Positions 1 to 9,600 of a DNA stretch of 64,000 nucleotides are shown piece by piece. The notes beneath the pieces are model-generated. The model saw nothing but the letters and a program-made list of their open reading frames with translations. It was not told the DNA's origin and did not search any database. The number at the start of each line of letters is the position of its first letter. The first letter of the stretch is position 1. Position numbers and translations under genes: made by a program. Source of the stretch: the human T2T-CHM13v2.0 reference genome, Homo sapiens. The stretch lies in assembly GCF_009914755.1 (NCBI RefSeq), contig NC_060947.1. One strand, given 5' to 3'.

Positions 1-280
1 GAGTGTTTGCAAACTGCTCTATCAAAAGGAATGTTCAACTCTGGGAGTTGAATGCAATCATCACAGAGCAGTTTCTGAGAATGCTTCTATGTCGTTTTTA
101 GGAGAAGATATTTCCTTTTCCAACACAGTCCTCCATGCCCGCTAAATATCCACTTGCACATTGTAGAAAAAGAGTGTCGAAGCTGCGCTATCAAAGGGAA
201 AGTTCAACTCTGTGAGGTGAATGCAAACATCCCAAAGAAGTTTCTGAGAATGCTTCCGTTTAGCTTTTAGGTGAAGATTA

Positions 281-297
281 TCCCGTTTCCAACGAAA
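281..297 (-). promoter_or_regulatory. CENP-B box 1 (canonical), repeated per HOR
   Basis: TCCCGTTTCCAACGAAA; reverse complement TTTCGTTGGAAACGGGA matches YTTCGTTGGAARCGGGA. Confidence 0.95.
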
Positions 298-450
298 TCT
301 TCAAAGAGGTCCAAATATCCCCTTGCGGATCCCACAGAAAGAGTGTTTCGAAACTGCTGTTTCAAAAGGAATCTTCAACTCTGTGAGTTGAATGAAATCA
401 TCACAAAGAAGTTTCTGACAATGCTTCTCTCTCGTCTTTCTGTGAAGATA

Positions 451-493
451 AAGGAAAAGGCTTTCAGGCCTTTTCCACCACAGGCCTGAAAGC
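451..493. other. Monomer-specific insertion forming overlapping inverted repeats (once per HOR)
   Basis: GGAAAAGGC (453-461) pairs with GCCTTTTCC (468-476), and GCTTTCAGGCCT (460-471) pairs with AGGCCTGAAAGC (482-493); both are perfect inverted repeats. Confidence 0.9.
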
Positions 494-637
494 GCTCCAA
501 ATGTCCACTTGCAGATTCTGCCAAAAGAATATTTCAAAACTGCTCTATGAAAAGCAATGTTAAACTCTGTGGCTCGAACACAAACATCACAAAGCAGTTT
601 CTGAGAATGCTTCAGTTTAGTTTTTCTGTGGAAATAT

Positions 638-654
638 TCCCGTTTCCAAAGAAA
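638..654 (-). other. Degenerate CENP-B box (core TTCG>TTCT), fixed in the HOR
   Basis: TCCCGTTTCCAAAGAAA lacks the CpG of the TTCG core. Confidence 0.8.
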
Positions 655-808
655 TCTTCAAAGAGGTCCACGCATCCACTTACAGATTCTACAAAAAGAC
701 AGTTTCAAAACTGCTCAATCAAAAGGAGGGTTCAACTGTGTGACTTGAATGCAATCATCACTCAGAAGTTTCTGAGAATGCTTCTCTTTAGTTTTTACGT
801 GAACATAT

Positions 809-825
809 ACCCGTTTCGAACGAAG
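809..825 (-). promoter_or_regulatory. CENP-B box 2 (variant with intact 9-nt core), repeated per HOR
   Basis: ACCCGTTTCGAACGAAG; reverse complement CTTCGTTCGAAACGGGT retains NTTCGNNNNANNCGGGN. Confidence 0.85.
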
Positions 826-975
826 GCCAGCCAGTGGTCCAAATATCCACTTGCAGATTCTACAGAAAGAGTGTTTCGAACCTGAACTCTCAAAGGCAGG
901 TTCATCTCTGCGAGTTAAATGCATTCATCATGAAGAACTTTCTCAGCGTGTTTGTGTTTAGTTATGGGAAATTAT

Positions 976-992
976 TCCCGTTTCCAACGAAA
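976..992 (-). promoter_or_regulatory. CENP-B box 3 (canonical), repeated per HOR
   Basis: TCCCGTTTCCAACGAAA, an exact canonical box on the minus strand. Confidence 0.95.
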
Positions 993-1317
993 TCCTCAGA
1001 GAGGTCCAAATATCCACCTGCAGATTCTACCAAAAGTGTATTTGGAAACTGCTCCATCAAAAGGCATGTTCAGCTCTGTGAGTGAAACTCCATCATCACA
1101 AAGAATATTCTGAGAATGCTTCCGTTTGCCTTTTATATGAAGTTCCTTCCTATACTACCGTAGGCCTCAAAGCAGTCCAAATCTCCATTTGCAGATTCTA
1201 CAAAAAGAGTGATTCCAATCTGCTCTATCAATAGGATTGTTCAACTCCATGAGTTGAATGCCATCCTCACAACGTCGTTTCTGAGAATGCTTCTATCTAG
1301 TTTTTATGTGAAGATAT

Positions 1318-1334
1318 TTCCTTTTCCACCACAG
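1318..1334 (+). other. pJ-alpha-like (A-type monomer) box at the CENP-B-box-equivalent position
   Basis: TTCCTTTTCCACCACAG resembles the A-box motif TTCCTTTTYCACCRTAG. Related motifs lie near 110, 469, 1147 and 1998. Confidence 0.7.
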
Positions 1335-1488
1335 GCCTCAAAGCCCTCCAAACGTCCACTTGCAGATTCTCGAAAAAGAGTGTTTCATAGCTGCTCTTTC
1401 AAAAGGAAAGTTCAACTCTGGGAGGTGAATACAAACATCACAAAGTAGTTTCCGAGAATGCTTCTGTTTAGTTCTTATGTGAAGATGA

Positions 1489-1505
1489 TCCCGTTTCCAG
1501 TGAAA
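1489..1505 (-). other. Degenerate CENP-B box (core TTCG>TTCA), fixed in the HOR
   Basis: TCCCGTTTCCAGTGAAA. Confidence 0.8.
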
Positions 1506-1659
1506 TCTTCAAAGAGGTCCACATATCCCCTTGCAGATTCCAAAGAAAGAGGGTTTCAAAACTGCTCCATCAAAAGGATTGTTCAACTCTGTGAGTTGAA
1601 TGCAGTCATCGCAGAAAACTTTCTGAGAATGCTTCTGTCTAGGTTTGATGTGAAGATAT

Positions 1660-1676
1660 AGACGTTTCAAACGAAG
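1660..1676 (-). other. Degenerate CENP-B box (core CGGG>CGTC), fixed in the HOR
   Basis: AGACGTTTCAAACGAAG. Confidence 0.75.
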
Positions 1677-1826
1677 GCTACAAAGTGGTCAAAATATACA
1701 CTTGCAGATTCTACTACAAGGGTGATGCAAACCTGAACTATCAAAGGAAGGTTCAACTCTGTGAGTTGAATACAAACATCACAAAGAATGTTCTGAGTTT
1801 GCTTCCGTTCAGTTATGGGAAGTTGA

Positions 1827-1843
1827 TCCCGTTTCCAACGAAA
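1827..1843 (-). promoter_or_regulatory. CENP-B box 4 (canonical), repeated per HOR
   Basis: TCCCGTTTCCAACGAAA, an exact canonical box on the minus strand. Confidence 0.95.
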
Positions 1844-4800
1844 TCCTCAGAGAGGTCCAAATATCCCCTTGCAGATTCTACAAAACGTGTGTTTGGAAAC
1901 TGCTCCATCATAACGAATGTTCAGCTCTCTGAGTTAAACTCCATCGTCACAAAGAATTTTCTGAGAGTGCTACCGTCTAGTTTTTATATGAAGTTCTTTC
2001 CTTTACTACCACAGGCCTCAAAGCGGTCCAAATCTCCACTTGCAGATTCTACAAAAAGAGTGTTTGCAAACTGCTCTATCAAAAGGAATGTTCAACTCTG
2101 GGAGTTGAATGCAATCATCACAGAGCAGTTTCTGAGAATGCTTCTATGTGGTTTTTAGGAGAAGATATTTCCTTTTCCAACACATTCCTCCAAGCCCGCT
2201 AAATATCCACTTGCACATTGTAGAAAAAGTGTGTCGAAGCTGCGCTATCAAAGGGAAAGTTCAACTCTGTGAGGTGAATGCAAACATCCCAAAGAAGTTT
2301 CTGAGAATGCTTCCGTTTAGCTTTTAGGTGAAGATTATCCCGTTTCCAACGAAATCTTCAAAGAGGTCCAAATATCCCCTTGCGGATCCCACAGAAAGAG
2401 TGTTTCGAAACTGCTGTTTCAAAAGGAATCTTCAACTCTGTGAGTTGAATGCAATCATCACAAAGAAGTTTCTGACAATGCTTCTCTCTCGTCTTTCTGT
2501 GAAGATAAAGGAAAAGGCTTTCAGGCCTTTTCCACCACAGGCCTGAAAGCGCTCCAAATGTCCACTTGCAGATTCTGCCAAAAGAATATTTCAAAGCTGC
2601 TCTACGAAAAGCAATGTTAAACTCTGTGGCTCGAACACAAACATCACAAAGCAGTTTCTGAGAATGCTTCAGTTTAGTTTTTCTGTGGAAATATTCCCGT
2701 TTCCAAAGAAATCTTCAAAGAGGTCCACGCATCCACTTACAGATTCTACAAAAAGACAGTTTCAAAACTGCTCAATCAAAAGGAGGGTTCAACTGTGTGA
2801 CTTGAATGCAATCATCACTCAGAAGTTTCTGAGAACGCTTCTCTTTAGTTTTTACGTGAACATATACCCGTTTCGAACGAAGGCCAGCCAGTGGTCCAAA
2901 TATCCACTTGCAGATTCTACAGAAAGAGTGTTTCGAACCTGAACTCTCAAAGGCAGGTTCATCTCTGCGAGTTCAATGCATTCATCATGAAGAACTTTCT
3001 CAGCGTGTTTGTGTTTAGTTATGGGAAATTATTCCCGTTTCCAACGAAATCCTCAGAGAGCTCCAAATATCCACCTGCAGATTCTACCAAAAGTGTATTT
3101 GGAAACTGCTCCATCAAAAGGCATGTTCAGCCCTGTGAGTGAAACTCCATCATCACAAAGAATATTCTGAGAATGCTTCCGTTTGCCTTTTATATGAAGT
3201 TCCTTCCTATACGACCGTAGGCCTCAAAGCAGTCCAAATCTCCATTTGCAGATTCTACAAAAAGAGTGATTCCAATCTGCTCTATCAATAGGATTGTTCA
3301 ACTCCATGAGTTGAATGCCATCCTCACAAAGTAGTTTCTGAGAATGCTTCTATGTAGTTTTTATGTGAAGATATTTCCTTTTCCACCACAGGCCTCAAAG
3401 CCCTCCAAACGTCCACATGCAGATTCTCGAAAAAGAGTGTTTCATAGCTGCTCTTTCAAAAGGAAAGTTCAACTCTGGGAGTTGAATACAAACATCACAA
3501 AGTAGTTTCCGAGAATGCTTCTGTTTAGTTGTTATGTGAAGATGATCCCGTTTCCAGTGAAATCTTCAAAGAGGTCCATATATCCCCTTGCAGATTCCAA
3601 AGAAAGAGGGTTTCAAAACTGCTCCATCAAAAGGATTGTGCAACTCTGTGAGTTGAATGCAGTCATCGCAGAAAACTTTCTGAGAATGCTTCTGTCTAGG
3701 TTTGATGTGAAGATATAGACGTTTCAAACGAAGGCTACAAAGTGGTCAAAATATACACTTGCAGATTCTACTACAAGGGTGATGCAAACCTCAACTATCA
3801 AAGGAAGGTTCAACTCTGTGAGTTGAATACAAACATCACAAAGAATGTTCTGAGTTTGCTTCCGTTCAGTTATGGGAAGTTGATCCCGTTTCCAACGAAA
3901 TCCTCAGAGAGGTCCAAATATCCCCTTGCAGATTCTACAAAACGTGTGTTTGGAAACTGCTCCATCATAACGGATGTTCAGCTCTCTGAGTTAAACTCCA
4001 TCGTCACAAAGAATTTTCTGAGAGTGCTACCGTCTGGTTTTTATATGAAGTTGTTTCCTTTACTACCACAGGCCTCAAAGCGGTCCAAATCTCCACTTGC
4101 AGATTCTACAAAAAGAGTGTTTGCAAACTGCTCTATCAAAAGGAATGTTCAACTCTGGGAGTTGAATGCAATCATCACAGAGCAGTTTCTGAGAATGCTT
4201 CTATGTCGTTTTTAGGAGAAGATATTTCCTTTTCCAACACAGTCCTCCAAGCCCGCTAAATATCCACTTGCACATTGTAGAAAAAGTGTGTCGAAGCTGC
4301 GCTATCAAAGGGAAAATTCAACTCTGTGAGGTGAATGCAAACATCCAAAAGAAGTTTCTGAGAATGCTTCCGTTTAGCTTTTAGGTGACGATTATCCAGT
4401 TTCCAACGAAACCTTCAAATAGATCCAAATATCCCCTTGCGGTTCCCACAGAAAGAGTGTTTCGAAACTGCTGTTTCAAAAGGAATCTTCAACTCTGTGA
4501 GTTGAATGCAATCATCACAAAGAAGTTTCTGACAATGCTTCTCTCTCGTCTTTCTGTGAAGATAAAGGAAAAGGCTTTCAGGCCTTTTCCACCACAGGCC
4601 TGAAAGCGCTCCAAATGTCCACTTGCAGATTCTGCCAAAAGAATATTTCAAAACTGCTCTATGAAAAGCAATGTTAAACTCTGCGGCTCGAACACAAACA
4701 TCACAAAGCAGTTTCTGAGAATGCTTCAGTTTAGTTTTTCTGTGGAAATATTCCCGTTTCCAAAGAAATCTTCAAAGAGGTCCACGCATCCACTTACAGA

Positions 4801-6699
4801 TTCTACAAAAACACAGTTTCAAAACTGCTCAATCAAAACGAGGGTTCAACTGTGTGACTTGAATGCAATCATCACTCAGAAGTTTCTGAGAATGCTTCTC
4901 TTTAGTTTTTACGTGAACATATACCCGTTTCGAACGAAGGCCACCCAGTGGTCCAAATATCCACTTGCAGATTCTACAGAAAGAGTGTTTCGAACCTGAA
5001 CTCTCAAAGGCAGGTTCATCTCTGCGAGTTAAATGCATTCATCATGAAGAACTTTCTCAGCGTGTTTGTGTTTAGTTATGGGAAATTATTCCCGTTTCCA
5101 ACGAAATCCTCAGAGAGGTTCAAATATCCACCTGCAGATTCTACCAAAAGTGTATTTGGAAACTGCTCCATCAAAAGGCATGTTCAGCTCTGTGTGTGAA
5201 ACTCCATCATCACAAAGAATATTCTGAGAATGCCTCCGTTTGCCTTTTATATGAAGTTCCTTCCTATACTACCGTAGGCCTCAAAGCAGTCCAAATCTCC
5301 ATTTGCAGATTCTACAAAAAGAGTGATTCCAATCTGCTCTATCAATAGGACTGTTCAACTCCATGAGTTGAATGCCATCCTCACAAAGTCGTTTCTGAGA
5401 ATGCTTCTATCTAGTTTTTATGTGAAGATATTTCCTTTTCCACCACAGGCCTCAAAGCCCTCCAAACGTCCACTTGCAGATTCTCGAAAAAGAGTGTTTC
5501 ATAGCTGCTCTTTCAAAAGGAAAGTTCAACTCTGGGAGTTGAATACAAACATCACAAAGTAGTTTCCGAGAATGCTTCTGTTTAGTTCTTATGTGAAGAT
5601 GATCCCGTTTCCAGTGAAATCTTCAAAGAGGTCCACATATCCCCTTGCAGATTCCAAAGAAAGAGGGTTTCAAAACTGCTCCATCAAAAGGATTGTTCAA
5701 CTCTGTGAGTTGAATGCAGTCATCGCAGAAAACTTTCTGAGAATGCTTCTGTCTAGGTTTGATGTGAAGATATAGACGTTTCAAACGAAGGCTACAAAGT
5801 GGTCAAAATATACACTTGCAGATTCTACTACAAGGGTGATGCAAACCTCAACTATCAAAGGAAGGTTCAACTCTGTGAGATGAATGCAACCATCACAAAA
5901 AATGTTCTGAGTTTGCTTCCGTTCAGTTATGGGAAATTGATACCGTTTCCAACGAAATCCTCAGAGAGGTCCAAATATCCCCTTGCAGATTCTACAAAAC
6001 GTGTGTTTGGAAACTGCTCCATCATAACGAATGTTCAGCTCTCTGAGTTAAACTCCATCGTCACAAAGAATTTTCTGAGAGTGCTACCGTCTAGTTTTTA
6101 TATGAAGTTCTTTCCTTTACTACCACAGGCCTCAAAGCGGTCCAAATCTCCACTTGCAGATTCTACAAAAAGAGTGTTTGCAAACTGCTCTATCAAAAGG
6201 AATGTTCAACTCTGGGAGTTGAATGCAATCATCACAGAGCAGTTTCTCAGAATGCTTCTATGTCGTTTTTGGGAGACGATATTTCCTTTTCCAACACAGT
6301 CCTCCAAGCCCGCTAAATATCCACTTGCACATTGTAGAAAAAGTGTGTCGAAGCTGCGCTCTCAAAGGGAAAGTTCAACTCTGTGAGGTGAATGCAAACA
6401 TCCCAAAGAAGTTTCTGAGAATGCTTCCGTTTAGCTTTTAGGTGAAGATTATCCCGTTTCCAACGAAATCTTCACAGAGGTCCAAATATCCCCTTGCGGA
6501 TCCCACAGAAAGAGTGTTTCGAAACTGCTGTTTCAAAAGGAATCTTCAACTCTGTGAGTTGAATGCAATCATCACAAAGAAGTTTCTGACAATGCTTCTC
6601 TCTCGTCTTTCTGTGAAGATAAAGGAAAAGGCTTTCAGGCCTTTTCCACCACAGGCCTGAAAGCGCTCCAAATGTCCACTTGCAGATTCTGCCAAAAGA

Positions 6700-9600
6700 A
6701 TATTTCAAAACTGCTCTACGAAAAGCAATGTTAAACTCTGTGGCTCGAACACAAACATCACAAAGCCGTTTCTGAGAATGCTTCAGTTTAGTTTTTCTGT
6801 GGAAATATTCCCGTTTCCAAAGAAATCTTCAAAGAGGTCCACGCATCCACTTACAGATTCTACAAAAAGACAGTTTCAAAACTGCTCAATCAAAAGGAGG
6901 GTTCAACTGTGTGACTTGAATGCAATCATCACTCAGAAGTTTCTGAGAACGCTTCTCTTTAGTTTTTACGTGAACATATACCCGTTTCGAAAGAAGGCCA
7001 GCCAGTGGTCCAAATATCCACTTGCAGATTCTACAGAAAGAGTGTTTCGAACCTGAACTCTCAAAGGCAGGTTCATCTCTGCGAGTTCAATGCATTCATC
7101 ATGAAGAACTTTCTCAGCGTGTTTGTGTTTAGTTATGGGAAATTATTCCCGTTTCCAACGAAATCCTCAGAGAGCTCCAAATATCCACCTGCAGATTCTA
7201 CCAAAAGTGTATTTGGAAACTGCTCCATCAAAAGGCATGTTCAGCTCTGTGAGTGAAACTCCATCATCACAAAGAATATTCTGAGAATGCTTCCGTTTGC
7301 CTTTTATATGAAGTTCCTTCCTATACGACCGTAGGCCTCAAAGCAGTCCAAATCTCCATTTGCAGATTCTACAAAAAGAGTGATTCCAATCTGCTCTATC
7401 AATAGGATTGTTCAACTCCATGAGTTGAATGCCATCCTCACAAAGTAGTTTCTGAGAATGCTTCTATCTAGTTTTTATGTGAAGATATTTCCTTTTCCAC
7501 CACAGGCCTCAAAGCCCTCCAAACGTCCACTTGCAGATTCTCGAAAAAGAGTGTTTCATAGCTGCTCTTTCAAAAGGAAAGTTCAACTCTGGGAGTTGAA
7601 TACAAACATCACAAAGTAGTTTCCGAGAATGCTTCTGTTTAGTTGTTATGTGAAGATGATCCCGTTTCCAGTGAAATCTTCAAAGAGGTCCATATATCCC
7701 CTTGCAGATTCCAAAGAAAGAGGGTTTCAAAACTGCTCCATCAAAAGGATTGTTCAACTCTGTGAGTTGAATGCAGTCATCGCAGAAAACTTTCTGAGAA
7801 TGCTTCTGTCTAGGTTTGAGGTGAAGATATAGACGTTTCAAACGAAGGCTACAAAGTGGTCAAAATATACACTTGCAGATTCTACTACAAGGGTGATGCA
7901 AACCTCAACTATAAAAGGAAGGTTCAACTCTGTGAGTTGAATACAAACATCACAAAGAATGTTCTGAGTTTGCTTCCGTTCAGTTATGGGAAGTTGATCC
8001 CGTTTCCAACGAAATCCTCAGAGAGGTCCAAATATCCCCTTGCAGATTCTACAAAACGTGTGTTTGGAAACTGCTCCATCATAACGGATGTTCAGCTCTC
8101 TGAGTTAAACTCCATCGTCACAAAGAATTTTCTGAGAGTGCTACCCTCTGGTTTTTATATGAAGTTGTTTCCTTTACTACCACAGGCCTCAAAGCGGTCC
8201 AAATCTCCACTTGCAGATTCTACAAAAAGAGTGTTTGCAAACTGCTCTATCAAAAGGAATGTTCAACTCTGGGAGTTGAAAGCAATCATCACAGAGCAGT
8301 TTCTGAGAATGCTTCTATGTCGTTTTTAGGAGAAGATATTTCCTTTTCCAACACAGTCCTCCAAGCCCGCTAAATATCCACTTGCACATTGTAGAAAAAG
8401 TGTGTCGAAGCTGCGCTATCAAAGGGAAAGTTCAACTCTGTGAGGTGAATGCAAACATCCCAAAGAAGTTTCTGAGAATACTTCCGTTTAGCTTTTAGGT
8501 GAAGATTATCCCGTTTCCAACGAAATCTTCAAAGAGGTCCAAATATCCCCCTGCGGATCCCACAGAAAGAGTGTTTCGAAACTGCTGTTTCAAAAGGAAT
8601 CTTCAACTCTGTGAGTTGAATGCAATCATCACAAAGAAGTTTCTGACAATGCTTCTCTCTCGTCTTTCTGTGAAGATAAAGGAAAAGGCTTTCAGGCCTT
8701 TTCCACCACAGGCCTGAAAGCGCTCCAAATGTCCACTTGCAGATTCTGCCAAAAGAATATTTCAAAACTGCTCTACGAAAAGCAATGTTAAACTCTGTGG
8801 CTCGAACACAAACATCACAAAGCCGTTTCTGAGAATGCTTCAGTTTAGTTTTTCTGTGGAAATATTCCCGTTTCCAAAGAAATCTTCAAAGAGGTCCACG
8901 CATCCACTTACAGATTCTACAAAAAGACAGTTTCAAAACTGCTCAATCAAAAGGAGGGTTCAACTGTGTGACTTGAATGCAATCATCACTCAGAAGTTTC
9001 TGAGAACGCTTCTCTTTAGTTTTTACGTGAACATATACCCGTTTCGAAAGAAGGCCAGCCAGTGGTCCAAATATCCACTTGCAGATTCTACAGAAAGAGT
9101 GTTTCGAACCTGAACTCTCAAAGGCAGGTTCATCTCTGCGAGTTCAATGCATTCATCATGAAGAACTTTCTCAGCGTGTTTGTGTTTAGTTATGGGAAAT
9201 TATTCCCGTTTCCAACGAAATCCTCAGAGAGCTCCAAATATCCACCTGCAGATTCTACCAAAAGTGTATTTGGAAACTGCTCCATCAAAAGGCATGTTCA
9301 GCTCTGTGAGTGAAACTCCATCATCACAAAGAATATTCTGAGAATGCTTCCGTTTGCCTTTTATATGAAGTTCCTTCCTATACGACCGTAGGCCTCAAAG
9401 CAGTCCAAATCTCCATTTGCAGATTCTACAAAAAGAGTGATTCCAATCTGCTCTATCAATAGGATTGTTCAACTCCATGAGTTGAATGCCATCCTCACAA
9501 AGTAGTTTCTGAGAATGCTTCTATCTAGTTTTTATGTGAAGATATTTCCTTTTCCACCACAGGCCTCAAAGCCCTCCAAACGTCCACTTGCAGATTCTCG

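Larger units (their letters stand above)
327..2383. repeat. First complete HOR unit in BamHI phase (12 monomers, 2,057 bp)
   Basis: GGATCC at 327 and again at 2384. Box-equivalent positions at 281, ~467, 638, 809, 976, ~1147, 1318, 1489, 1660, 1827, ~1998, ~2169 and 2338 give 12 monomers, including one of ~186 bp and two of 167 bp. Confidence 0.95.

Noticed and set aside
453-476. Hairpin read as a rho-independent terminator
   Set aside because: The context is eukaryotic satellite with no upstream gene and no U-tract after the stem; it is reported as an inverted-repeat insertion instead.
5799-6386. Longer ORFs (195 aa here, 150 aa at 40292, 131 aa at 53623 on the minus strand)
   Set aside because: Each arises from a single SNV that removes a stop in one HOR copy; there is no evidence of coding function.
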